Source: Camelus dromedarius
Taxonomy: Eukaryota
NCBI RefSeq assembly: GCF_036321535.1
Contig: NC_087437.1
Location: 5,642,001-5,706,000 of the forward strand
Length of the DNA: 64,000 nucleotides
Direction: 5' to 3'
This document shows, one piece after another, positions 1-12,014 of the stretch; positions within the stretch are counted from its first letter, which is position 1; the number at the start of each line of letters is the position of its first letter. The position numbers were made by a program, and so were the translations under genes. Below the pieces are notes generated by a model. That model saw only the letters and a list, made by a program, of their open reading frames with translations. It was not told the DNA's origin and ran no database searches.

Positions 1-444
1 ATGTAATTTAAATGGACTTACTTTGTCCAGCATCTATTTTGGTGTGTGGACTAGTTGTCTTTGAGGCTTGGAGTCAGATTTTACCCTCCCTTCTCACCCC
101 AGCACTCAGCCCCAAACTGAGCAGTTCTTAAATGCCCGGTATATACTGTTGGTTTTTAGAATCAGAATGGCTCTGATGAGGACAATACGGTGGTCCTGAC
201 AGCTCCCCAGGAGGAGTGGAGATGGGTGGGTGGGGGGCAAGGAGACTGTAGCCAATCTTCTGACGAAGAAGGCAGCTCTATCCCTGAAGAAGACCCTGCA
301 TACAATATAAGAAAGATACCAGCAGTTCATAGCTACATGTTCAAAAACACATTTATAGAGAGAGTAGATCTCATTCACTTGCTTCCAGATCAAAGAAAGT
401 TTCTATTCTTTTGAAAAAAAAAGTTGTAAATGTCATCAACTGTC

Positions 445-625
445 TCGCGTGACCTTTGGCGAATTAATTCACCTTTCTGAACTTCACTTACCTCATCTAC
501 AAAATGGGACTAGTAACAATGCCTACCCAATAGGGTTGTTGGGAGTGTTAATTAGATTAGGTACATAAGCCACTTAGCCCAGAATCTGGAAAAGAATAGA
601 TATTCAATTAATGATTGCTATGATT
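445..625 (+). mobile_element. MIR SINE fragment
   Basis: MIR core motif: gtgacctttggc...cctcatctacaaaatgggactagtaac...gggttgttg...cacttagcccag. Confidence 0.75.
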
Positions 626-1727
626 AATCATCGTTATTGTCCCATTAAGCCAATATTTCCCAAAGTCAAATAAGTGGATTATTTGATGGTCCATAAGATA
701 ATTTAGGTGGTGCATTGATTGACTTTTTACAAATTTTAATGTGTGGTAAGTAAAATATGATTTTATCCTATTTATTATTTCATGGGTACTCTTTCTATTT
801 ATTTATCGCTGTGTTACATACCATCCCTAAACTGAGTGGCTTTAGACAGCACTGATTTATTACTTCTTTTGGTTTGTGGCGTGGGCCGCGCTCGGCAAGC
901 GAGTTCTGCTCCTCCTCTCACGTGTCGGGCGCCTGAGCTGGAAGGGCTGGGCCATGTGGGGCTGTTTGGGTGTCTCTCTCCTTCTCCACACCCGCTACCT
1001 CTTCAGTCAGAGAGCCAGAGTCCTCTACCTGGTGGCTCCTACTAGGTAACGTCCCACTGGCCCACCCGGAGGCAGGGTGGGAGGCACTGCCCAAGGGCGT
1101 GCATACTGGAAGTCACGGCCCACTGGGGGCCTCCAGTGGGGCAGTCTTGCACAGTCATCATACACCCAAGGCCTCCCAGCTGGTAAGTATCCACATCGCC
1201 GTCTGGCTCCAGGATCTGCGGTCTGAACCACCAGGCAAATCTCCTCAAGCAGAGCGTTTTGGTTATCCATCTCCAAACGCAGTGACTTACAGCAACAAGT
1301 CCCTTGCTATGTTCATTGATTTTGTGGGCCATGAATTCGGATAGATCGTGGCAGAGAGGTGCTCTTGGGTACCTCACCTAGCCTAGGGCCCAGCTAGAAG
1401 GACTCAGTTTGCAGAGAGCCCACGGGTATGGTTCAGCCGGAGTCGTGCCTCTGGGGGCGTGCTTCCACCTGTCTGCTGCCTTCTTCTGTTCTCCCCGACG
1501 TGACCCCCAGCCATGTGACTGACCCCTGGGCTTCTTCACAGCACAGGGGTCTCAGGGTGGTCGGATTTCTCACAGAGTTGCTGGCTTCTCTGTAGAGAGT
1601 GAGGTAGAAGCTGCTAGGCCTCTTGGAAGCAAGGCTCAGAATTGGAACTACCCTACCCTGCCATGTTGGTCCGAGACGGTCACAAAGCCAGTGTAATTCA
1701 GGGGGAGGAGAAATGGACTCGACCTCC

Positions 1728-2148
1728 TTTTTTTTTTAATTTGAAGTATAGTCAGTATGCAATGTTGTATGAATTTCTGGTGTGCAGCATAATGTTTCAG
1801 TTATACATGTATATATTCCTTTCCATATTCTTTGTCATTATAGGCTATTACAAGGTATCGATGCTTCTGTGTGCTATACAGTGGGGCCTTGCTGTTTATT
1901 TTATACATGGTAATGTATATCTGCACATCTTGAATTTCTAATTTATCCCTCCATCCCACTTCCCCCCGGTAACCATAAGTGTGTTTTCTATGTCAGTGAA
2001 TCTGTTTCTGTTTTGTAAGCAAGTTCAGTTGTGTCCCTTTTTTTGGATTCCACCTATAAGTGCTATCATATGATATTTGTCTTTCTCTGTCTGACTTCTC
2101 TTAGTATGACAATCCCGGGTCCATCTCTGTTGCTACAAATGGCATTTC
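1728..2148 (-). mobile_element. L1 3' end (artiodactyl/camelid type), 3' half of the U6-L1 chimera
   Basis: Poly(T) at 1728-1737, then L1 3'UTR (ttgaagtatagtcag...ggtaaccataagt...gttgctacaaatggcat). Homologous to the L1 ends at 9078 and 51107. Confidence 0.9.
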
Positions 2149-2254
2149 AAAATATGGGCCGCTTCACGCATTTGCACGTCATCCTCGCACAAGGGGCGTG
2201 CTAACCTTCTCTGTACGGCTCCAGTTTGAGTACTGGTGCTGCCGAGGCAAGCAG
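2149..2254 (-). pseudogene. RNU6: U6 snRNA processed pseudogene, essentially full length, fused 5' of an L1 3' end
   Basis: The reverse complement aligns ungapped over 106 nt with U6 snRNA (GTGCTCGCTTCGGCAGCAC...ACAGAGAAGATTAGCA...CCATATTTT), with about 22 mismatches by hand count. Degenerate TSD ggactcgacctcct (1715-1728) / ggaccccacttctt (2254-2267). Confidence 0.95.
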
Positions 2255-2399
2255 GACCCCACTTCTTGAGAGAAAGGCACGCAGACGGGGAAGGCATTGA
2301 TCCAGGCCTTCCAGGGAAGGCAAGTACTGCTATTTGGATACTTTCTACCACATTGTGCTTGAAGCCCAGAATAGCAGTATTTAAGCTTTTGTTTTGTTT

Positions 2400-3115
2400 T
2401 TAAACAGACAGAATTTTTTTGTTTTGTTTTTGTGTCTTTTTTAAGAGCATTTTAGGTTCATAGCAAAGCTGAGAAAAAGGTACGCAGATTTCTCCATATA
2501 CCCACCTGTCCTCGCTAATTTATAATCTCCCAGTTAATCAGTGTTCCCTCCAGTGGTCTATTGGTTACAACCGATGAACCTACATTGACACATCACCCAT
2601 AGACAATGGTTTATACTAGGTTCACTCTTGGTGCACGTCCTGTGGATTTGGACAAGTGGATAATAACACGCATCTGTCTTTATAGTATCAGAGTATTTTC
2701 ATCACCCATAAATCCTCCATGCACTATCTCTTCCTCCCCACCTCCTCCTAACCCCTGGCAATCACTGATTATCTTACTGTCTTCATAGCTTTTCATTTTC
2801 CAGAATATCTTGTAGTTGGAATCATACACTATGTAGCTTTTTTATGTCAGTGTCTATCACTTAATCATCTGCATTTAAAGTTCTTCCATGTCTTTCATGG
2901 CTTGTTAGCTCATCTCTTTTCAGCACTGAATAATATTCCATTGTCTGATGTACCACAGTTTATTAATCCTTTCACCTACTGAAAGACAAGTTGGTTGATT
3001 TCACGTGTTGGCAATTATGAATAAAGCTGCGATAAATATCTGTGTGCAGGTTTTTGTGTTGACTGAGGTTTTCAGCTCCTCTGGGTAAATTCCAAGGAGC
3101 ACAATTGCTGGATGA
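2400..3115 (-). mobile_element. Old L1 (L1MC-like) 3' fragment
   Basis: Motifs ggttcactcttggtg...gatttggacaagtg, ttggaatcatac, aatattccattgtctgatgtaccacagttt, ggcaattatgaataaagctgc. Confidence 0.8.
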
Positions 3116-3154
3116 AATTAGGGTTTTAAGTTTAGAAAAACATTAAGTAAAAAA

Positions 3155-3234
3155 TATTAGATTGAACCATATGAAATTTATGATTTTGTAGATCATGCCC
3201 AAATGTTGGTCATTTTATATGGTTTAACCTAATA
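3155..3234. mobile_element. MADE2 mariner-derived MITE (80 bp)
   Basis: Terminal inverted repeats tattagattgaaccatatgaaatt ... attttatatggtttaacctaata, with TA ends. Size and TIR match MADE2. Confidence 0.85.
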
Positions 3235-5939
3235 GAATAGTGGTTCTCTAATGTGGGGAAGGTTTCTAATGTGATATGCAAATAACTGAAGCTTGGGAAA
3301 TATCTAACTGAAGTATTTTGTCTTCTGGTAAGTTTCAATTCTTCACGTCTTTGACCGAAACACAAAAAAGGCTAACTTGGACAGTGTGTTTTGTTGTTAT
3401 TGGCCGTGGTGGTTTGGACAAGGGCTGATATGAGCTGCAACGGGTCAGGTGTCTATTGACTGTGTGGCAGGAAGGGACCACAGACTTCCCAGGTTGGCTG
3501 CAAATCAGACACTTGAGAGAGCCGGCAGACCTTTGACCTTTGTAGGGAGAACGCCTTCAGTCCTTTTTGATTCCTAATAGCAACAATATTTTCCACATTA
3601 TCAGATAGATCAACAGAAACCCCACCAGCTTGGTGGGACATTAAGAGCATTTTCTGGCAGAAGTTGGTGCGAGAAATTGAAAAATGAATCACTGGAACAT
3701 TTGGCTCTGTGCAGTGTACATCTGAGGAGGTTGTTCTCCAAAATAAACTGCCCAGCAATTAAAGAGACTGTCTTAGGCTGGGTTCTGATGATGAATCAGA
3801 ACTCCAGAGATGTGGAAGGTCTGAGGTAGACACTTAACAGAATATTATTTTGTATTTTATCTCTGCCAGATCACAAAAAAAAAAAAAATAATTCCCATCA
3901 CTGCCCTGGTGGTTTTTCAGCCTGGCAGTCCACTGTAGTGGAAAGATTGTAACCAAATTGGGTAATGCTGCCCTGTGGATCACCAATAAAAATACTGCGA
4001 AGTTGCTTGAAGGTTTGGAATTGGTAAAATAATTTGAAGGCTCCTTACTTTCATCTTAATTCTTTTGGAGTGAAAGTTATAGGAGAAAATTTTTGTTCAA
4101 ATATAGCATCTGAAAGATTTACACGTTCTAAATAGAGTCGGCACAAGGTCCCCAAAACAAAAGAAAACCCCCCAGACTATTTTCCTACAGGACTTCCTGA
4201 AGGAGCACTTCAAAGGTCTAGATCTCTCCAAGATGGCTCAAGTCCTATGCCTCCCCTAAGCCTCCGTGATGTACTGGTCTCACACTCTCAGGAACGTCTC
4301 AAGTTATTTTGGCTGCTCAGCCCTGAGAGTTAAATAACAGCTTGATGACAGAAGAGGTTTCATTATGTGTGTGAACGTATTTTCTTCAGCTCATCAGTGA
4401 ATGGCAGACTCAAAGGTATTCAGAGGCCCAGAACAATAACGTCAAAGCTAATTCAATCCTTCACAGGTCAAGGCTTATGACCACGGCTCTCGCCTTTGTC
4501 TGACAAACAAATGCGTAGCGTTTCTGTGTGCATTTTTTTCCTGCCCAGAAAAATCACACCTTAAAATACATGGGCATTGATTGCTCTTGCTCTCCTCTGG
4601 GTTTTTCTGAGGCTCCTTCTCTGGGGATCACACAGAACTCATATTGCCCTTGTCTGGCCAGCAGCTCAAACTCGCATTCTCCTGCAGTGTTTCGATGGCA
4701 CACACCGGGATCGCATGCTTATTACTCAGGAGCGACAGGTTGAATTTTACTATCACGTTACTTTTCTCTTATTTAAACAGCCCAAAGTATCCATGTGTTC
4801 ATGTAGGGGTCATCTTTTCAGGAACATACATTTATCTTCCTGAATGTATGTTCCTGAAATGCATAAAATTTTGGATCGAGTTAGTCCTCATTTTTCTCAC
4901 AAGTAGAGATTGCAGATTCGATTCCCTGGGGCCATCAGAATGGTCTTCGTTGAACATCTTCTTCATCCAGAGGAACGTCTACATAGATCCTTATATAATA
5001 TAACTGAAGCAAGAGGATACAGAATAATAATGATAAAGCTTCCTTAGAAATTGCATGACTACTTTTCCCCCCAGTTAATGGCAAGTAGTACTAAAACTGC
5101 CTAGTGAACAATGGTCTTCCTCTATCATAACCTTAACTGATGAATCATGTAAGCCTAGCAGGAAAAATACCTATAATTTCTTATTATAAACATGTAAGGT
5201 GGAGTGACCATGCATGTGAAATTTCCAATTAAGAGATGCAAATAAACAGTCACATCGTGGTTCACAATACCAGCCATCTGTTCCCAAAGCCTTGCAGACT
5301 CTCCTTCACTGCAAGAAAGTTAAGTGAAAGAGAGCGTTTAAAGCAACTTTTAGCTTTTATAGCCAGTGTCGGATTAGAAGCCATACCCCGTATATTGGGG
5401 TGTCATTACTTCAGAAGTTATTTTATGGCTTTTCAAGAATGAATACAAAATGTTCTTTGTTTAATGTTCAGAAGTCATAGAGTGGAAAGGGAGAGTACTG
5501 TCTAATTTCTCCATCCCCTCCCCACCTCAGACGTGGCTACTCCACACTCTTTGACATACAAGCATATATGTATATTTATTGTTCATCTGGGTCTCTTATG
5601 TGAATTTATTGTTCATCTCCTCTGCTCATTTGAAAAGATAAATTGTACTTTTCTCTTTATTGATTTCTAAGAGCTCTTTGTATGTAATGCTTGGCTGCAT
5701 TAGATTTCCAGGTGAGGGTGAGCAGTAAGCAGGTCTCGCGTAAACAGTAGGAGCAGTCCCTCTGCTGAGCAGTATCTTTTGTGCAAGGCATGCTAGACGC
5801 TACTTCGATAGAGCAGTTTGCCCCCATTGTGAGGGAATGCCCCTTTCAAAGACTGGATGCAGGGACTATGTTTTGGGGCAGTAAGGTTTAGAGTTGAAGC
5901 TGTTCCCTAGCAGAAATTGCCTGCATGGCTGTACTTTGC

Positions 5940-6890
5940 AAAAATGCCTGCTCTCCAGCCGAGTAAGTGGTGTGGTGTCCATGTGGGCTGCACTTAGTGA
6001 TTTCCTTCCAAAGAATACGGTAAGGGAAGGAGGGAAATGAACTTTTCATGGAGAAACACGGCGAACACCACCGCAGCCATAGGATCTAGGTTTCTATCAA
6101 CTGTGATAAGTCATCTGAAAAAAGAAAAAAGAAGACACTAATGAACTCATCTACAGAACAGAAACAGACTCGCAGACATAGTAAACAATCTTATGGTTAC
6201 GGGAGGGAATAGGGGTGGGAAGGGATAAATTGAGAGTTCGAGATTTGCAAATATTAACTAACATACATAAAAATAGATAAAAAAATGAATTTCTTCTGTA
6301 TAGCACAGAGAACTATATTCAGTATCTTGTAGTAATGTATAATGATAAAGAATTTGAAAAGGAATATATGTATTTATATGTGCGACTGAAACATGATGCT
6401 GTGCACCAGAAATTGACACATTGTAACTGACTACACTTCAATTAAAAAAACAAACAACAGTGATAAGTCATGTTGATAGTATGATGCAAACTGATAACCA
6501 CGGCCTCACCACGACACCAGACAAACCCAAATTGAGGGACATTCTACAAAATACCCTTCAGTCCTCCACAAAACTGTCAAGGTCACATGAAACAAGAAAA
6601 TGTGAGAAACGGTCACAGTCTAGAGGAGGCTAAGGAAACATAAATACTAAATGAAATGTATCCTGGGTGGGATCCTGGAGCAGAGAAAGGCCACAGGTGA
6701 AAATGAAGGAAATGTAAATAAAGCAGGGCGTTTAGTTAACCATAACAAATCATTATTGGCTCATTAGTTGTGATAAATGGACCACATGAATAAAAGACGC
6801 TAATAATAGAGGGATTGGGCCGTGGGGTGCACAGGAACTCCGTACTACCCCTGCCAATTTTCTTTAAATCTCTTCTGAAGTTAGCAGTTT
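5940..6890 (+). mobile_element. Old L1 (L1MC-like) 3'UTR, interrupted by a younger L1 tail
   Basis: Motifs gtgggctgcacttagtgatttccttccaaagaa, acaaacccaaattgagggacattctacaaaa, atcctgggtgggatcctggagcag. Confidence 0.7.
6115..6454 (+). mobile_element. Camelid-type L1 3' end, 5'-truncated
   Basis: aatgaactcatctacagaacagaaacagactc...aattaaaaaaa. TSD caactgtgataagtcat (6098-6114) / caacagtgataagtcat (6455-6471). Confidence 0.9.
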
Positions 6891-8729
6891 GTTAGAGGGG
6901 GGAAAAGGGCAGATATTCACATGGAACCATCTCCCCAGTGAAGCCGTAAAGTTCTCACCTGACTTAGCCTGACTTTGACTTTAGTGACCCAAACTCAATT
7001 CATCTAAAAGCAGCTGAAACACACAAAATCTGACTTGGGGTGATTTTCCTGGGGAGGTTCTTGCTGGCCATCTCAAGGGCTGCGTGGCCAGACCAGTGGA
7101 AATACTGAGCAGGTAGAAGCCGTAGCGATGACCCCCATCAGACCATTTCATTTTACAGAAGAAACTGAGGCCCAGAGGGAAGGAGGCGTTCACCTAGGTC
7201 TTGCGAATACTGAGCTGGAACCTGCATCTGTTTCCTAATTCAGTGCTCCTTCTCCTGCCACGTGCTTCTTCCTAAACCTTTCTGCTTGACTCACAAAAAC
7301 CCCTCCGGTTGCTGCCATTCCTTTTTCCCGTTTTGTCCAAAGAGTGATGGGAGTACCACATATCCTGAATATTACATAAAAGACAGCGAGAGAGTGCAGG
7401 AAATTTGGGATCTGAGACCCAACTTCCTGATTGTCTCTGGACCTCAGTCCTTAGCTACAACATGGCTCTGATAATCCCTAGCTCTCAGATTAAGAGAGAC
7501 TCTATATATAAACCGAGTCCGGAGTCTGGCCGTGGTGGGCCCTCGAAAACGGAGTGTCCTTTCACAAGCACGTACACTTGGATATACCAGTGACAGCCTC
7601 GGGGAAGTCCTGGGCCCTTAAATAGCGCCTGTGAATTGGGTGATAATTGCATTCATTGAAGCTTTTCCTGGCCAGGGCTATTCCACAGAATCAGCCCCTT
7701 CTGCAGGCCTTCCTCCTCACCACAGATTGTTCTCCACCAGAATCCACGCTACCAAGTGGGGAGAGACGGCACTTTTACCTGGCAAATTAGAGACAGCCCC
7801 CCTCCCGCGGGGCCCTGGGAGCCAGCAGCCTGAATGAAGGCATTGCCATTAGGACAGATAATTTAACTCGCAGGCTGAGGGAAAATGCAATTGGGAGCTT
7901 TGAAATGTTTAGCTCGGTCTCTAAATATTCCATTGGGATTGAATTGTCTCTTTTCCTCGAAGCTGATAAAAACTAAGGTCATGTTTCAGAAGGCCTTTAA
8001 TAAGGGTGCTTCATCTTTTTTTTGCATCTTAAAGCCCAAAGCCAGGGGTGCTGTCTGTGAGTACTTGTGGCCTGCCTTTGGTGGCCAGCCCCCATCACCC
8101 TCACCTGTCCCAGAGGCAGGCTCAGAAATGTGGAAAGGCGTGCCATTATCAGACAGTTAGAGTTTAAAAGCATCTCAAGAAGGAAAGAATTAGCAGCTTT
8201 CATCCTGGAGTTCCCAGGAAATTAGAACCACTCCTCTTAGTTTGTATACCTTCTAAAGCACCCTGCCGCCAGGGGTGGGGTACAGGCAGCCTCCGTGGGG
8301 GTGACCCCAGGCAGCAGAGCTACAGGAGGAGGGGAGGGGAGAAAGGCCAGTACAAGGTGTGTGAATGAGCGGTTTCATGTCCGTAGCGCTCTCTCTGGCG
8401 GGTCTCGAAGAAACCAGTCAAACCCACGTCCACCATGTCTCAGACTTTTCCCACGGAGCACAGGGAGGCGGGAGCACTGCCCCTGCCTTCTGTCCTCCAT
8501 GGCTGAAGGTTGCCTCAGGCAGCGTCACCTCTCCATCCTCATGGCTCTGTGCTTTTGTGCACAGTTGCATGGACTTTACAGCCTCCCAGGAGGTAGACCA
8601 GAAGGACAGTAGACTGCCCTTGATGGGGGACTCAGCCTGTGGGTATGGAGCTGTCCACCACAGTGGCACGGGTGTCAGAGGGGCTTCGGCGGGCTGCCTT
8701 TACAGCATCTGCTGCTGCGGCACATTCTA

Positions 8730-8905
8730 GAACCATGCTATCCAATACCATAGCCACAATTAAACACGTGAATATTAAAAATTAAGAGTCTCACTCACAC
8801 TAGCCTCATTTCGAGTGCTTAAAAACCACATATGGCCAGTGGCTAGTGTATTGGACAGAGCAGATCTAGGACATTTCTAGCATTGCAGGAAGTTTTATTG
8901 AGCTA
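8730..8905. mobile_element. MER3-like hAT-Charlie MITE
   Basis: gctatccaatac...cactagcctcatttcgagtgct...atatggccagtggctagtgtattggacagagcag. Similar copies at ~36150-36330, ~45560-45755 and ~63535-63745. Confidence 0.7.
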
Positions 8906-9077
8906 GTCTAGAGGATGGTTGACCAGGTACCTTCAGTTCTGTAGGCCCCTGACAAACTCGTATGGACTGACTATCAAGTAGTCAGGATAGACTAGGCCTT
9001 GCTGAAATACCAAATAACCCCCAAGCCTTGATGGCTTCAAACAACAAAGGTTTGTGTGTGAGTGTGTGTGTGCGCGT

Positions 9078-9504
9078 TTTAATTGAAGTTTAGTCGATTT
9101 ACAACATTGTGTTAGTTTCTGGTGAACAGCATAGTTATTCAGTTAATTACTAATTAACATATATATATATATCTATTCTTTTTCACGTTCTTTTTCATTA
9201 CAAGCTATTATGAATATGGTTCCCTGTGCTATACAGTAGGACCTTGTTGTTTATCTATTTTATATATATCAGTTAGTATCCGCAAATCTCAAACTCCCAA
9301 TTCATCTCTTCTCACCCTCTTCCTCCCTGGTAACCATAAGTTTGTTTTCTATGTCTGTGAGTCTGTTTCTGTTTTGTAAATAAGTTCATTTGTATCATTT
9401 TTTTGGTAGATTAGACATGTAAGTGATATCATATGATATTTGTCTTTCCCTGTCTGACTTACCTCACTTAGTATGAGCATCTCTAGGTCCACCCATGTTG
9501 CTGC
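9078..9504 (-). mobile_element. L1 3' end inserted in an MLT1-type LTR (~8970-9775)
   Basis: L1 3'UTR homologous to 1728-2148. TSD aacaaaggttt on both sides. A (GT)n tract lies in the tail region. Confidence 0.88.
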
Positions 9505-10454
9505 AAACAAAGGTTTATTTCTTACTCAAACTGCATGTCACATCTGGGATCCAGGTGGAGAAGAAGCCTACCACCTGGAACACTGTCAGTCGCCTGGCAG
9601 AGGAGTAGGGAGCCCTCTGGGTCTTGTACCAACAACTGGTGCCCCAGCCAGAAATGATGCACCATTTCCATTCACAGCTCATTGGCCAGAACAAGTCATG
9701 TAGTCCCACCTGACCGCTGGGGAGCAGGAATTTCAGAGAGGAAGGCTGGATAGCTGGATATCCGCGAGCTGCTCTGTTATGATAGCTCTCTCTCCTACCT
9801 ACTCATGTATCTATTCAACAGATATTTGAATACCTGCTGGGCACGGAAGTGAGCCTGGAGGTACGGAGCCTGGAGAAATAGGCAAGGTTCTTGCCCTTAC
9901 GGAGCTTACTTACCATTTGCTGGTAAATCAACACTGAAGGGCAGTTACAGTGAAGGGGGTTAGGTGTCCTGATAAGGACAGAACAGATGCTTCAGAATCA
10001 GCAAACCAAGCAGGTTTCAGGCATAACAATGAGATAACGAGAACTGTATTTGTCCAAGCTGAGTCCAGAATAATCACAAGGAGAGGAAACGAGGCCTCTG
10101 TTTAGCCCATTTGCACATTTGGTCCATTCCTGAATGGAGCCCCAGAGAGGTGCTTAGCTAGCCTCTGCCAGCTGGCCTCCTTGACGCCACCTACCTTAGG
10201 CAGGTTGCATAGGGTTTGCCTAGGCGGGCACCCCAGCTCACAGATTCACCACGGCACTCAGTGCTGGTGTTCCCGGTGCAGAGCCAGAGCTGGGTGGCAG
10301 GCCTGGAAGCCAGCAGGCCTTCTTAATTTCCCCTGGAGGAGGTCAAATCGGATCAGCCAAGAGCCCAGGGCCACCCAAGTGAGCGTCTTGTGGCTTTGAG
10401 GGTGGAGGAAGCAGGGAGCTAAGGATGAGGGAGGGGTGCTGCCTGGTGCTTCTT

Positions 10455-10625
10455 ATTCTTTTTTTTTTTTTTTTTTTTGGCTTGGCCCCTTTCTTTCTTT
10501 TTGGGGGGAAGGGGGAGGTAAATAGGTTTATTTATTTATTTATTCATTTAATGCAGGGACTGGAAATTGAACCCAGGACCTCACACATGCTAAGCACGTG
10601 CTTTACCACTGAGCTGTACCCACGC
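10455..10625 (-). mobile_element. Camelid tRNA-Ala-derived SINE (Vic-1 type)
   Basis: tRNA-Ala-like head with A/B boxes and an AT-rich tail. TSD tgctgcctggtgcttctt (10437-10454 / 10626-10643). Confidence 0.9.
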
Positions 10626-10919
10626 TGCTGCCTGGTGCTTCTTGCCCTCTCCCAGGTGCTCTGTGGCTGTGGGCACCAGGCCCTCATCTGCTGACCTGCC
10701 TGTCCGCAGAACAGGACATGCGGCTAAATGTCCCGGCTCAGTTCCTGTCCTCTGGTTCAGGGGATATCCACAAAGTGCAAGTTTCTTAAATTCCATTTTT
10801 AAATGACATCTTTTTTTTCTTGATTTTCTTCCTCCCTGAAATTCATTCATTCAAAATAGACATGCTAGGAGGCAAGCATGTGCATTAAGTGATGGACCGT
10901 GAGGCCCCAGGGTTGGCAT

Positions 10920-11105
10920 CCCAGCTCTGCCACTGGACAGGGCATTTAAAGCTCTGTGCCTCAATTTTCTTGCCTGTAAAATGGAAATACAAATTTGTAA
11001 CTTCAAATGGTTGTTATGAGGATTGCATTGGTTGATCCATGTAAAGTGCATAGAAAAGGCCGGGCACTCGGTTAGCACTCGGACGAGCTGTTGTGTTATT
11101 GTTGC
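10920..11105 (+). mobile_element. MIR SINE
   Basis: ccagctctgccact...ctctgtgcctcaattttcttgcctgtaaaatgg...gttgttatgaggatt...catgtaaagtgc. Confidence 0.75.
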
Positions 11106-11354
11106 CATTCCTCAGCACCTGCTGACATGCTGAGCAGCACAGGGTTTTGGGTTAGGGCTGGGGAGGGACATAGTCAGTCAAGCAGCCGTGGAGCATGGAG
11201 GCTTAGATAATGAGCTCCGTGGCCTGGTTTCAGGTCTGGGCTCTGTCCCTTACTGGCTGTGGGACTTTGAGTAAGCTATGAAGCTCCCCAGGCTCTGTCA
11301 AATTGCAGATAATGACTCTGACCATTTTCATAGGGATTGACTGAGAAGTGCATG

Positions 11355-12014
11355 TGATACAGGAAAAAACGTGGGGCGAGAGGATGGCCACGTCCTAGGT
11401 CCCAGGAGAGTCCCTGGGAGGCACCCTGCCAAGTGAGGGTCCTGGGCTTCGCGCAGGAAAGAATTCAAGAATGAGTCATGGTACAGTAAAAGCAGACTTA
11501 TTCAGAGAGGTGCATACTCCATAAATGAGTGCAGGCTGTCTCAGAAGGTGAGAGAAAGACCTAGGAGATGCACACTCCATAGGCAGAGTGCGGGCCAACT
11601 TACTCAGAAGGGAGAGCGGAGACTCAGAGCACGGGGTCAGCTAGGAAAAATGAGATAGGCCACGAGGCGCTCCGTTGTTAGATTTTATGGGCTCGGTACT
11701 TCATATACTAATGTGTGGGAGGATTATTCCAACTACTTTGGGGAAAGGGCTGGGAGTCCCAGGAACTGAGCCATCACCCACTTTTTGACCTTTTATGGTC
11801 AGCCTTGAAACTGTCATGGTGCCCTTGGGAGTGCCGTTTACCATGGTAATATATTACAGTCAGCCTATAATGAAGCTCAAGGTCTACCAGAAGTCAAATC
11901 TCCTACCATCCTGGGCCTCAAGATCTTCTGGGAGTTGGAGCTCCCACCACCTTGGTACTAATGGCTGTGTCACCCTTTTAATGGTTGTGCCCTGCCCCCT
12001 TCCCTCCTGTCTCA
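11355..12014 (-). mobile_element. ERV1-class solo LTR (660 bp) inserted in a MIR
   Basis: TG...CA termini, 4-bp TSD CATG (11351-11354 / 12015-12018), and internal ~60-bp degenerate tandem repeats at 11505-11625. A 4-bp TSD is typical of class I ERVs. Confidence 0.85.

Larger units (their letters stand above)
790..2350 (-). mobile_element. Ancient MaLR (MLT1-type) LTR remnants, probably two adjacent or nested copies, interrupted by the U6-L1 insertion
   Basis: MLT1-like motifs: ccctaaactgagtggctttagacagc (826-850), cagtgacttacagcaaca (1280-1297), ctgggcttcttcacagca, gtcacaaagccag...ggggaggagaaatggactc. The element resumes after 2254. Confidence 0.6.

Noticed and set aside
160..225. Exon-like segment (ttttag ... 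gtgggt) and the acidic ORF 190-414
   Set aside because: Weak splice signals, no recognisable protein and no partner exons.
2149..2254. Functional U6 gene
   Set aside because: About 20% diverged, fused to L1, flanked by a TSD, with LTR sequence upstream instead of a recognisable PSE/TATA.
4870..5003. Possible minus-strand terminal exon after ctcttgcttcag
   Set aside because: Short frames with no recognisable homology and no upstream exons identified.
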